DNA of 64,000 nt, from contig CP075496.1 in assembly GCA_021613535.1 (NCBI GenBank), positions 6,386,001 through 6,450,000 on the forward strand. Reading direction: 5' to 3'. The notes beneath the pieces were generated by a model that did not search any database, had not been told where the DNA came from, and saw only the letters and a list, made by a program, of their open reading frames with translations. The DNA comes from Adineta vaga (lineage: Eukaryota > Animalia > Rotifera). Below are positions 25,701 to 40,334 of the stretch, in pieces (position 1 is the first letter of the stretch; the number at the start of each line of letters is the position of its first letter). The position numbers and the translations under genes were made by a program.

Positions 25701-28700
25701 AAAAAAACGATGTTCAACAAGTTGAAGAGCTTTACTACGAAAAAATGTCCACCATTGTCGAATATGTTTTGGTATATATTTTCCACAACAAGATAAATAT
25801 TTGGATATTATCTTTGGACAACAATCTGGTGGTGGCATAGGATGATCTTGCTCTATCGGCGATCGACAAGCTTCATCTGAATGACTACTCATTAGTTGTA
25901 TATCTACATCTTCATTTGCTTTTATTGAACCATTAGATTTTTCTTGATCAGATGTTATGACTTGTGGGAGATCGATATGAACTTTTCTATTAGAAGACGG
26001 GGACTAAAAAGAGAATTCATTTAGAGGCTTTAAATCAATATAAAAACGAACTCGATGGTAAAATACGGTTTCATCAATTTCATTTTCAGTGACAACCGTA
26101 TTTTGTAGTTGTGTTTTACGTGAAAATAAACGAAAAATAAGACGCATAAGAAAACGAAAATATCGTTGCAGACGTTCTATGGCTTCACCAATTTTATTAT
26201 CATCCTCTTCTTTTTCACGTTCAGCAAGTACATTTGAACCAAATGATGCAAGTAAGAGAGCCAAAAATAGATTTAATACCTAGAAAAACAAAATCGTATA
26301 GAAATCATCATTCTTTCATATAACATTTCTAACGAGCAATGAGATAAAGAATATATATATATATATATATACATACCACAAGATTACCAATGACGAAAGT
26401 AAATAAGAAAAATGGATAACATGGCCATCCGGCACATTTAAGACAAACCCACATCGATTCAATCCATTCTCCACATAAAACACGAAAAACAATCCTATAG
26501 AAATAATCAAAAGATTCTAATTATTTTTTCTCTCCAATAAGTCAATTCAACTTACATAAATGCATGAAAAAAATCACAAAAATTCCATCTTGGCATATCT
26601 TTACCAAATTCATCTGTATATTTTTGACCAAATAACTACAATTAACACTTTCTGGATTTTTCCTTTTTCACACTTTTCTCGATATTTACCTGCATGCCCA
26701 TAACAGCAAATATAAATATAATAATGACAAGAACAAACGTTAAATTTCCTAACGCTCCTATTGTTTTCTTAATAATTGACATCAATCGATTTAATGTTTG
26801 CCATGATTTAGCCAATTTAAATACGCGTAACTAGAAGAAATTTGAAAAATATTCATTTCATTAATTATCATTACTTACCAAACGAAATGAACGTAAAACA
26901 CTTAAACCTTTTACATTAGCAAGACCTAATTCAACCAGACTTAGTGTAACAATAAATAAATCGAATACATTCCATCCATCCTTGACATATCTAACTGGTG
27001 CCATAGCAATGATTTTTAATACAGCTTCAGTAGTAAATATACTTGTAAATACATAATTGCCTGTAGTTAGTATGCGTGTCATTTTTTCACTTTGACCGTG
27101 TTGATCAAGTGCCATGAATAATGTATTTAAAATAATACATATCGTTATAAATAAATCAACGAATGCATCTAACATAAAATATGCGACTATTTCCTAATAA
27201 GAAAATAATCATATATATATATATATATATATGTAAATATTTATAGATATAAACTATTAAATGATCATCAATTCTTATATGAATGTCTTATTAACTGAAA
27301 CTTATGGTTCATTCTTGCACACATTTAGGATACATGTGTATCGATAACAATATGATAATGTTGCAATTTACTCTTTTTTTTTTAAATAGTTATAGGTGAT
27401 TTGATAGAACATACTTGAATTTTCTTAAAAAGTAATATTTGACAATTCCATTCAAAACAATACATTCGTAATAATTTAATTAATGGCCAATTGCATAGTT
27501 TGTTTTTTTCCATATCTAAAATGATCATTAAGTTTAGCGATTGATCGCATACTGTTTATTCAAGATTATCAAATAAACTTACTTTGTGAGTGAATACTTA
27601 TGATTTCGAGATCTGCAGGAGCGGAGATTTCCATTATTGGAGCGTATCTTATATGAGATTTTGGTTGATAAAGCTAAAAAAATGAATGTAAATATGAAGT
27701 AAAAATCAAGATATTTGTCTACTTACTGTTATAGTTGAATCATTATCACGTTTAATTCGTTCTGATACAACAGAGATATTTCTAGTTCGTTGACTTTTTC
27801 TTTCTTCTTTAATAGAATTCTGTTGAGATTCATCAAAAAATGGTATAGTTGTATCATCAATTGCTCTTGTATTAGAATAAACTACACTGGTATCATCGAA
27901 TTCGAATGCTAATGGTGATATTTGAATTGATTGAGAATCTCTCAATTCATTTCTCTAGAGAAAAATAGACAACTAATTTTCTTCTAATTAAAAGAAGAAA
28001 TCATCTTGTAATTTCTTACTCTACAATTATCGTCATATTCAATCGAAAGACCAGAAGTTGAAAATTTTCGATCTGAATAATCGAAAAGCAATACATTAGC
28101 AGGATATTGTGCTTGATGAATCGTGGAAAATCTTTCACATAGAGAAGCTTTTCTTGCTTGTTCATTTTGTTGTTCAAGTTCATCTTCAACTTTACGTCGT
28201 TCACGTTCTTCATTTTCTGCATTAACCTTTTTTTGTTGTTCCTGATATGACATAGAAACAATAGCTAAGATTAAATTAACTAAATAGAACGAGCCAAAAA
28301 AGATAACAGCAACAAAATACAAAAAATGATAACGACCGGCTGCTGTTAGCACCTATACAAATCAAGGAAAATACACAAATAGATATCATATATTATTTCA
28401 ATTTACCAATTGATAGAGATTTTCCCAATAATCTTGTGTCATTAATCGAAAACATGAAAGCATTGCTCGACCATAACTATCAAAACTAACGACAAAAGAG
28501 AGTATTCAAAAACTGGAGGTAAGAAATAATTCATACCTGGTATATCCATAATCAGGACTAGAAATGAAAGAAGAATATGAAAACAGTGAATTAACAATGA
28601 AACAAAGACGATTTTACTTGATGCCTCGATTTTTTAAACAAACATAACCATTAGGACATTTCCGACTACCACTTGCATTACCACAAAGAACAAAAGCTTC

Positions 28701-30116
28701 ATCTTCTTGATACCAATAATCTATGAAAGAACGTAATTAATCAATCTCCTATGACTGAATATCGATTATCATGAAATGCAATCTGTATAGTTAAACCATA
28801 ATCACCAATGATTTACATCACATTTCAAGATACAATACAAAGAAACGTACTACTATTATTAATCTCTTGCCAGTAATACTCATATGACGTATTAAATTCA
28901 TTCGTAGTCAAATTTGTCATATTAACAAATGCATCATACGAAAGTACACATTTTTGCCGCAAAACACCCATATAAAGTTGTAATCCAACCTAAAGAATAT
29001 CCATAGAAAGAAGAGAATTCTTTCCGACAAAAATTCAAACCAATGCAAATATCGAAAGAATAAAACTTGATAGAACAGTTACATCACGTAGACAAATCAA
29101 TGATTGTATCAAAGCATCAACAATCGTCTTTAAACCTAACAACAACAAAAAAAAGTAAAGATGAAAACTCAAACAATCATTCTATCAGTTAATTATCAAT
29201 TCGAAATAACATACCAGGAACAACTGCAACAGTTTTTAATGCTCTTAATACACGAAATGTTCGAAGGACAGAAACATTACCCAAATTGACAAAGAATGTG
29301 ATATATCTAAATAGATGATTTCAAGTGAGAATTTAATTCTTTTCTTTCATGATTAGTTCATACGCAAGTGTAATAACAATAAAATCTAACCAATTCCATG
29401 GATCACGTAAAAATGTAAATTTCTTTAAAATAAATCCTCGTGCAACACATTTAATCAATGCTTCAAGTGTATAAATTACTGTGAAAACATATCTAAAACA
29501 AATCATATGATTTCGTTTGGAAAATCAAACCTAACTTTCGTCAATCTTACTCATTCGTATCTGGAACATTTTTCAATGTCATAAATACACAGTTTGTTAA
29601 TATAGTTAACATAACAAATGTACTGAATAATGAATGTGTTAATATTTGTATAGCAAAACGTCGAATTGAATTAAATGGAGAAAAAACGAAACATGCTGGT
29701 GTTGAACTAAATCGAAATATTGTTTTATTTCGATTAATCACAACGAATACCTAGAACGATTAAATAGATGGATGTTTTTCGTTGAAATAAAGATAAATAC
29801 ATACATATTCTGTTCGATAATACCAATCAATTTCTTCAATTGGTTTTCCAATAAGTTCCGTTGGAAATTTTGTTTGCAATACTCGTGGTAAAGTTTGTCC
29901 AACAGCAAGTTCTTTATTAGGCATTCGTTTTGGACTAATCGATTCGAATTTTAATGATTTCCTTCCCGAATATTGTTGATCATTCTCATCTTCATATATT
30001 GTTTGTCGTTGTAATCTTTCCGATGCAATACGTTCGGCTTCTTCTTGACGATATCGTTCAATTCGATGTAATGATTCGGGTGTAAATTCACGAAAAACAA
30101 TCGACTTGTAATCCAT
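22742..30116 (-). CDS. para: Voltage-gated sodium channel alpha subunit, Nav1/para type (DEKA filter), >25 exons
   Basis: N-terminus FREFTPESL. Four domains with S4 segments ([40 protein letters not shown]). Pore loops TQDYWEN / CGEWIES / TFKGWIE / TTAGWSG give DEKA. Inactivation gate [18 protein letters not shown]-like C-terminus [10 protein letters not shown]. Confidence 0.97.
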
Positions 30117-32604
30117 TGTTATTCACAGCATTGATTCGATCTTCATACATATTTCATTGAATAAGAAACCAGAATAATAAATGATGTTGATTATATTCAT
30201 TTTCACATTGAAAACAACATATCAGATATCCGTGATGAATTTAGAGAAATATTCCATTGGAAAGTCAACTAGTGAAGAATCAATGAAAATAATGACACAT
30301 AGTTATCATTGGACAATTTAGTAGAAACATGCGATGAAGAAAAAGAACATGAACAATGATCATTAATCTATCTTGTGTATTAACGAATTAATTCGATTGA
30401 TTTGTTCAAGAAACGAACGTTAGAGATCACGCAGTAATAAAAATAACAATGACTTCTTTATATATATATATTTCTTTGACGAATTATCATGTGTAGAGTA
30501 GGAGAGAAGAAAGAAGAAGAGAAAAGAAAGTAAAAACTATAGGGAATAAATTTTTTTCTAAATATTTGACAATTAGATGATACAATGCCGATCAATTCTT
30601 GACTTTTTTTTTCTGTCGTTAATTATCAAGAAAAATTCAAATAAAATCTTCTTAACTTCATAATGATGTTCAATTCGCTTTTCTTTTGATAAGATCATGT
30701 ATCGCCTTAAACAATGAGTTTTCTTTCATTCATCCTTACGTCCAAAAAAATGATAATAATGTACCAATCGAATAGTTACGCATATGAGTATTGATGAAGA
30801 AGTGAACAACATTCTATTTCTAAATCAGATTTCGCTTGTTGATTAGCATATCTAATAAAAGATACTGGATTAAATAGTGATGAAAAGGGACCGTTAATGA
30901 AAGAATGAATGACAAACGAATTTGATATCAAGTTTACATCATTGACTTGTTTCTGTCAATCATAACGACATCAACATGTTTTTATTTCGAAGAATAAGTA
31001 AATAGTTTGTTGGCTTAAAAAGATGATTAATTAATTAATAAATATTTAAAACGATTCTCATTTTTTTCTTCTTCTCAATAAACATTCTTCTTTCATTTAA
31101 ATCTCCATTGATTTGTAGATCGTTTTATTTATTTCGAAAGAAACCAAAATTTGATTATGAAAATAGCATTGACTTGAGCGTGATCTTATATTCAATAAAT
31201 AGCAATGAATTTTTCAATCAAATGTAGCCATTGATGAACATTACAGGAAAATGTTTAACATGCATCTCGTCAAATCTCAAGAGATAAAATTTTATTGCAT
31301 GTTAATTACGATTGAATATTAGTCGTTAACAATAAACGAACACGAGGTCAACTAAATTCAATTTTTTGATTCAAGTTATTAACAATAATCTTCAACGAAA
31401 ATTTATTAGACGCAACCTTTTTTTCTCTTCTCATGAGGAAATATCAAAATCAATTGAAAAAGACAGTCTTTTTGTCATACAATTCATAATATAAGAAAAG
31501 AAAAACTTCAATATTAATATTCTTTTATCTGCTTATTTTAGTCGAAAAGTATCTCATTTGTTCGAACTTATTCATTATACAAATCAAATCAAACGTCATC
31601 GTCGTCATTCTCTATTGTCATTTATTCATACCTTTTCTTTTCATATACTAGAATGACAAGTTGAGTGAAAGAGACGAAATATATATATATATATATTTAT
31701 ACTATGCAAACATGTCTTGTTATTGCCACCATCAATATCCACTTATTTCAATATGATCATTCACCATTTCACGTATGTATGGTTACGAATGAAGTATATA
31801 CAACGAAATTGTGATTAAATCAATATAGGATGATATACGAAACTCAACTTTTAGTTAAATTCAACCTATTTATTTGTTGCTAATTGGTCACTACTGAATG
31901 TAATTAATTTATCTAATACGAAAGTATGTAAACTAGTTTTTTGAAAAACGATTTCATTGATGAGAATTCCGTCATACGGATTAATGTATTGTTCAGACAT
32001 GAAAGTGTAGAAAGTGAGAAGTATGAGTGGAATAGAACTAATTTATATGCGAAAGAAATATTCAATAATATACAGATACATAAAAATCTTTCTATCTGAT
32101 TACCTAATCAATAAATTGTGTGAATGATTGAACACTTCTCGTCTGTACGTTCTATCTTTTTTTTTCTTGTCTCTGTCATATAGGTCAATTTGCAAACAAA
32201 TAGAAGCTCTAAAGATGATAGTCATGTAGAGTGGATGTCAAACATTCACACAGACAGTGATGGCATCATTCATTTAATTGGATGTAACTGCTTTAGTTTA
32301 TTGACAACTACAAGCATATTTACTATATAGGAAAAAAAGACAGAAGGAGACGATATCTTCGAACAATTTCATATATATATATATTCCCCTTGCGGCTTCT
32401 CATTCGTCATTTCATTGACGGTTGTGTATTGAAAGTTGTCCATAATCATCATCAATATTCATACCTCGAGACAGTTGTTGCATACAAACTTCTCTTTTTC
32501 TATTCCTTCATTCTTTTTTTTCCTCGTACATTAAAAGAAAAGTGTCAGAGTAAGATGCCATATTGAGTCAATACTAGATCTGAAAGACTTACTTTTTATA
32601 CAAC

Positions 32605-33816
32605 ATGGGGAGGTCGAATTGTGATAACAGGTATACTTTAAATTTCTCTTTCTTATTTTATAATGAAAAGACACTTTTCAATATCGTGATTACTATTTTA
32701 TTAGGCAATTTTTTGATCCTATATCTTCACCACCGATTGATTCTGACATGATTTGGCATTCACCATTAAGTCAATCAGATCCAAGTATTCAATCACATCC
32801 AAATCAGGTTACAAATCGATCAATAGCAATATCATCAACGTCACCACCTCCACTATCAGCTCTACATTCTCCATCGTATAAAGTTTCCATTGGACATGAA
32901 ACCGTGAATATTACAGAACTTGCACGTCCTCATGAATTACCTCCTGATTCAACTATGGGCGTACCTTTGAATGATCGACGTCGTCTTCTAACGACACAAA
33001 GAGGTGCTAATATTCTTAGTTTATGCTTTATGTGTTTTGTTTCTGCAGCATTGATTCTCATTGCCATTTCCGCCATGCATCTATTATTCAAAACCGATCC
33101 TATTAATCCTAATAATATGATGCCATTTCTCCTCCAATCAGTAAATATTACTTCAGGTTTTCTATATATGTTTACTCCACCAAATCCATCTACGGATAAA
33201 ATACCTCAACTCATTGTTCCAGTCTTCGATTATACTATACGAGATTTAGCAACAACTATATGTTTACTTATTATCGTACTGAATTGTTTTAGTTTATTGG
33301 TATTTAGTATTGAAATTTATCTGGGATGTAATACTGTGATAACGAAACATCGGTCTTATCGGTAAATATCTGTTCTTATATTTATAGGGAAAAAAACGAA
33401 GATATTTGTTTATTATAGAAATATCCGTATATTTTTCAGTTCGTCTACATCACGATTTATGGCTATATGTGGTTTTTATGCATCAATTCCAGCATTAATT
33501 CTCGGTAATGATCATTTGAAAAATTTATTTTAAATTCAACAATCATCATTTGTTTCTAGTGATGTGCTTCTTCATTCTACTAAATATGTCATTAATTCCT
33601 GCTATTGTTTCATTAGTTATTCTTGGTTTTGGTCTTATTTTTATTCTTTGCACACTATTAACATATTTCTCGACGATTAAAACAAATAATTTCACTGCAG
33701 TAAATGACAAAGTAGATTTGATGAATTCATCTTCATATCAAGTGACGACTTCGAATCATTTAAATGAATATGATATTGATTTAGCCAAAACTGATGAACT
33801 TTCAACATTAGTATAA
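32605..33816 (+). CDS. TMEM221: Multi-pass membrane protein, Jiraiya/TMEM221-like
   Basis: ATG 32605 with exons joined through GT-AG introns (32631-32704, ~33362-33418, ~33505-33559). Four hydrophobic segments with Jiraiya-like motifs (IVLNCFSLLVFSIEIYLG; SRFMAICGFYASIPALIL; PAIVSLVILGFG). Family call is from memory of the motif. Confidence 0.6.
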
Positions 33817-34893
33817 ACTTTTCAACTGAATAAGATTTTTCCATTGAATAAAGAATAAAAATCTTGTAATCGTATGTCCTATTTATTCTAACTGACACAG
33901 TTTTGCTAGGAATTTATTTTTCATCGATTGACAATGGATTGCAATACAAACATCGAACATATTTTTTCTTCTTTCTCAAACATTCCGTTCTACGTATATG
34001 TTTGGTAAAAACAAATAGAAGATTTTCTCTTACAATTACAACAAGTATATTCTATTTGAATTCATCGTAAAGTTATCAATAACCATTCTCCTAAAATTCA
34101 TACTCGTTGACGTCAAGAATAGCAATTTATTATTCTCTCTTTACATTTCAAAAATTAATGTTTCATAGAATATCAGATTATATAGTAAATATTTTTTTGA
34201 TATAATATATCCGAAAAAATGTTAACATAAGATGAAATATTCAAATACGAACACATTACAGTGAACTTCTGATAAAAATCTTCGTTTATAATAGATCTTA
34301 CTTGTTTCATTTGTTATTGGAAGGTGTGTCAATAAAAAAACAACTTATTTTTGATAGTCTTCCATAGATAAAGCGTAACATATTTCATAATCAATAACAC
34401 ACCACTTTTCAAGTCTCTCGAATGTGAATGAAAAAGACGAACAAACATGTTTTCTTTTGTCTGTGTTTTTTTTTAAATCGTGAGCAACGAACACGAAAAA
34501 TATTAATTCGATAATACGCAAGACATAGAACATAGAAGAAGAAGAAAAAGAAGAAGAAGAAAGAAGAGAAAAAAGAAGTGCATGAAGCTAAACAGTTAGG
34601 CATCCGAACAGAAATAATAACAATAAACAACAAGATGAAATTGATACTGTTTCACGCCGTAGTTCCTTTTTTTTCCTTAATAAACTCGACTCACGAAACA
34701 ACAGTAATTATATATATAAAGACATTATAGAGAAAATGAGTGAGATAATTTGTGAGATTATAGCTCGCTCAATTACCCTAAAAGCAACACAAGAAGAAAA
34801 AGAAGAAAAAGCACTGTTATCGTGTACAAAAAAGAAAAGCAAGATTCATGAAACAAAGGAAAATGAAAAGAAAACAAGAATTTTCTGTATATA

Positions 34894-35612
34894 TCAGGAT
34901 TTTGATGGATTATGGAAGAGTTTAGAAAAGAATTTCTGTGTTATTGTTCTTATGGGCGTTCGAGATGTGGATTGATTTATTAATGATTGAGATGAATGCG
35001 ACAAAAGATTAGTTGCTTGTTCATCTGTTTTCGTACTTTCACATGAATCTGTTGTAACCGTTTCTGTTGTTGATAGACAAGCTATCGAATGTGGTCGTAA
35101 AGTACAAAGAATAGGAGAAGAATTTATAGATGATGACGACGATTTTCTATGATAATAATATCTTGTTAATGATGTACCGGTTGTATAAGTATGATCACGA
35201 TCTAAAGATGGATTAATGTCATTAACAGTTTTATTTGGTGGCACAATAAATGTTCTTTGTTGTTGTTGTTGTTGTTGTTGCTGTTGATCGATAGATACAG
35301 GTTGTCTTTTCGTTGAATTTCTTTTTTTCGTTGATGATGTATAATTTTCATGTGGTGATGAAGTTAATATAGTCGAATTAGGTAAACGATCTGTTTTAGG
35401 ATATTTATCAAATACTGGATAGGAACGTGGTACGCGTTCGCCATCATGACTACGACGAACATGAACAGGATATTGAACATTTTCATTATGGTATCCATGA
35501 GTAATAAGACCATATTCTTTCACTTGTTGCATTTTTAGATCAAGTTCATGTATCAATGCTTTGGACATGATTATGTTATTATCAAAATGAACAGATGACA
35601 AATGACGACGGG
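34894..35612 (-). CDS. Uncharacterised low-complexity protein (polyQ, Ser/Thr-rich); terminal exon, probable start MSKAL at 35569
   Basis: 235-codon open frame with coding-like composition, preceded by a polypyrimidine-AG acceptor at 35613-35614. No recognisable domain. Confidence 0.65.
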
Positions 35613-38600
35613 CTAGAAAAAAAATAAAAGGATGAAATAAATAAAATTTGATTTCTTTTCTAGTATTACAGTATCAAAAGGACACCGCAAATATACACCA
35701 GCGACAAGTTCTGCAGTACATAGTCTCTATTTCTGTACACATTCATCACGTACGACAAAGTATAATATTGACATCAACAGAGTTTTCTGATAGTGTTGAC
35801 TCAATTAGTAAAAATTGAGTTTTCTTCTGATTTTAAATATTTTTATTTGCTTAGTTCATTTTTCTCTATATACAATTGTTTTTTCTTGACACCATTAGAG
35901 GATAAGAAGAAAAAGAACCATATAAAACATTTCTTACTCAATGAATGATGTGAAGTTATTTTTTGATATTATCTGATTCGTACGAAAACAAATATCAATC
36001 ATAAAAATATTTTGTCACGTCTGTCACATTTGTCACATAATGTAACATTCAACAAAAACATCCTGTCCAATGATCAATTGAATTCTCTTACGAAATCATT
36101 TCATATATTTCAAAATCGTGTTTGTTAAAATTCAACTTCAAACAAATACGAACGATTTCATCACCATGATTATTACACAATCTTATATAATGAAATTTAG
36201 AAATTCAGAATAGACATACACGTATTTTCAAATTCAAAGGTTTCTTTCGATTCATCTATGGTTTCAGAATAGATGAAATATCGATAAATATCCTTTTTAC
36301 CGGTTTCGTCTCGAGATTATCTAACGTGCACATTCCAAATACGACTTCGCTCTCAAATAAATAACAATATTTATTGACTGACTATATCGAATAATTCTCT
36401 AATAGTTAAAAAAATATTATCATAAACTAGAGTACATTCAGTGTAATTTTCCTTAGAAGAAATCACATTACTAGCATTATACGTACATATTAAAAGATTT
36501 GCTTGACGACGATGACGTTTTAGTAAATGATGTGATGTTGATTTAATATTATTATATGTTGATGATCGATGCTTGGCGAACGATATTCCAGATATATTCA
36601 TAACCATGACGGAATGAACAGCAACGTCAACAATGAACACGAATTTGTTGTAGAAAAACGATTAAACATCGACTAGTTTGAAATGAACTTGATTGTTTTG
36701 ATTAAATAAACGAGTAGATTTTGTTTGAAATAAAAGCAATTGTTAAAGAAGATAATGAAAAAGGTTTTTTACATGCTCAAAAACAAGCATCGACTTCAAT
36801 CGATGATCTAGAAGAAAGTCACATCTCTACATGTTAAAGAAACAACAAAAAATAACCGTAGATGAAGAAAAAAGAATTCTCTGAACTAAATTTCCTTTTG
36901 TCTAGACTATCACGATTCATTAAGTTTTTCTTTTCTGAAGTAGAAGAAATCTCGAAACAAATCTATAGAATTATTTCAATTTTCTCAACACACAATAAAT
37001 AGAACTATATATATATCGTCGAAAAGTAATATTCTAGAAGTTCTTTCTTTGTTCGATGTGTTATATTCATTATGATTATACATAACAGAATCCAAATTGT
37101 TTTCGAAGTAAATGGCTTACTTATACTTGCCAATCTCAACTCTATGTCCTATTAATGTCTGTCTTTCGTCTATCATTTTTCAATTAAAATGGCGAACGGA
37201 CGGACGGAAATGAATGCATTCACATCAGTTGTTACTTTCTTTTACTGTCCATCTGTTTTGATTAAAAAAAAGAAATAAACAACTTTCGTTACAGACAATC
37301 CTTTCGTGGAATATTGTCAATAAGAATACGAAAAGTACGAAATATTATTTACTTTACTCAAACATACTTTAAGTCTGACTTACATGATGTTTTTTAGCAA
37401 TAGCAGTTTAGTTACTACAACATTAAACGAGGTAAGTGACTATGGGCAACAGCGAACACGACGAGACGAGTGACAAAACGGGAGAAGCAAGCACATAAAC
37501 TAGACAGACAGACAGTCAGACGCGTATTTTATTTTCTTCTTTCTCTTCTTTTACCCGATGTTGTTCGCTTTCTCTCCCTTTCTCTCTGTCTAGCCGTCGC
37601 CGCCGGGTTTTTTTCATGTACTGCGTGTGTCTGATTCTCTTGATTTTTTTTTCTCTCCGTTTCTCTTGTTTCGTGTCTGTCTGCTTTGTGTGTGTCTTGT
37701 GATGATATAATGTGTAATCATCATCACCATCTTTCTCATTCGATGCACTGCTGAGTATCGTCTCGTCATGTCTATTTCCGTTATCGCCAAAATACACTAG
37801 ACAGAAGCCATTACAATCGACTCCAGTTGTTGTTAAATGCTTGCGATCTGAGTAATTTAAAATGAAAGAAGAAGGAGAAATAGATGAGCGAACTTGTCTG
37901 ATCCCGAGAAAATAGCGGCGGTAGATGATGCCGATAAAGTAAAATGATAAGCAATAGAAAAGCAAATAGAGAAAAAAAATGAAGAAAGCGAATACTATCC
38001 TTTCATCAAACGTAGTACTCTTAAAATAAAAGCACGTACCAATGGATCTTTAAATATTGATTCGATGAAAACAGTCTTAACTTAAAAAAATATTATAACT
38101 GCTGACAGAGTGCGAGAGTTATTAGAGCTAGTCAATAAAATGAAAGAAATTTTTTTCTCGTTTATTGATAAATAATAGGAAAATAAGAATGGGTCATGGT
38201 GATCTCTAGACGTGCTTAGAAGTCGTTTCTATTAAAAGAAATAGAGGAAAAATAAATAAGTCGTCGACGAAATACAATAGTGTTGATGTGGTAGAATTCG
38301 CTGATGATAAAAGAAGACGAAGAAGAAAACAAATAACGAGACGAAAAAAACATTTGTCATTTCTTCGAATCAAAAGAATTTTCTTTCTTTTCAATCGATA
38401 TGTTTTCTCTCAAGTGTTTTCGGAGAGAAATAATAACAACACCAGCAAGGAGAAGAGAAAAACGATGAAATTTTGCTCAAAGAGTTTGAAAAAATCGTAG
38501 AAAAATATATCATACTGTATATTACATTACGATAACTTTTACCATCAGATAAGAAAATCAAAAACGTAATTTATCTTGTCTATATTGTCTAATCAAAGAC

Positions 38601-40334
38601 AACAACGATTTCTCTCCATAAATTATATCATTGATTCGTTTTGATGTATTCATTTAAATGAAAAATATCTAAATGAATACGTCAAGAAGATAGTTACTCA
38701 ATTGACATCAAAACTTTCTATCCAAAAAAAAATAGAGCAAAACTTTTGTTTTCTATATAATCAATAGAAATGTCCTCAATGTTTTGAAATGCATGATATT
38801 AATATTAAAAATGACACAGACGTTGAATATTTATTTTGAATAAACGTGACTAATAGTAGGTGATTTCATCAGTAATAGTCAATAAAGAACGTTTTCCAAC
38901 GACGTAAAACAGAAATGCACTAAGTCAAAATATTTTTTATTCTGTCATATTTTCAGACACTCATGCCAAGGGCACCATCTCTATACTCAACCAACGGCAT
39001 ACACTTCTTCCTTATTTACATGACACTTGAATTCTTTTCTCTGTCGTATGCCACATGTGTGCAGGCTAGCACGCAAATTCTAAACATCGTATGGTGTACA
39101 CGAAAGAAAGTAGGGATGATTGTGGAATTTCATTTGATATACATATGCACATTGGTGTTTGTTTCTTTCGTCATCATTCAATTCACTCACTCCATACATG
39201 TATATATATATATATCTAGTCAGACAGACTAAATACAAACATGTAACTACTATAGTTGTTGCTGTCGTTGTCGACGCCGCCGCCATCGACGCCGTCTAGA
39301 CTGTGACGTAATATATTGAGTGGATAAAGGGAAAGAAAAAAGGAAGAATAGAGAAGTAAAATAGTTAATACTCGAACATGTGTCTTTTCTTTTCTTGTTG
39401 ATTGAAATATATGAAGAAAAATATCTAGAATATAATTCATTTGTTACATCAAAATGATCCATGTGACAATATATCATGCAAGTCACGTAGTCAACACACA
39501 AAGAGATGCTTTTACAATCTATTAATACAAATAAAGTCGAGTGAAAAGTTTAATTCGATACAGTTTGTGACTCAAAAAATATGTCTGATGTAATCTGAAT
39601 ATATTTCCTAGTAATAAAACAAAAGATTTTAATTGAAAGAAGTAAACATATATATATATAACATGCTTGAAGTGTGTTTTATTATATATTGACATTATAT
39701 GAGATGACTTTGAATTATAAAAGATTCTATGCGTGTAAAGTTTAACCAGAGGGTGATTAATGAGATTATAAGGTACTTTGTTTCTTTTTTTAATACTATT
39801 TTATAAGACAGACAAGGAATGTCTGATAAAACAGAATGACGTTCTTTAACTGCATAAAATCAACGATAGGCTGAAATGTATGCATATATATTCAGTTGAG
39901 TCGATGATGATAATATTTCTTCAAATTTATCATTCGAAAAAAAAAGAAAAGAATCTTAGAAATATATTTTCTAATTATTTAAAAAGATTTCCCAATTGAT
40001 CTATTCTCTAGCGTGTTAAAATGCAATAAATAATCAAAATCATACTCATGATCACGTTTCTTCTATTTTTAAATAATATCAATTGACCTTGGACGATCAT
40101 GCAGACCTTTAGCTTACATTTTCAATCAGTAATACAGCTAATAAATATTTCTCATTTATTTTATACTCTTGTGGAATACATATTTTCGTAATTAACCTTG
40201 AATTGAACAGGTTGAACATAATAAAAAAAAAGAGAGAGAGAAACCGCATGATATTGTAACTATCAAGGGATAGAGGTGAACAACTAAGTATTAGTTTGCA
40301 ACCCAAAACCACATTTTCATAAAGCAATGAACAA

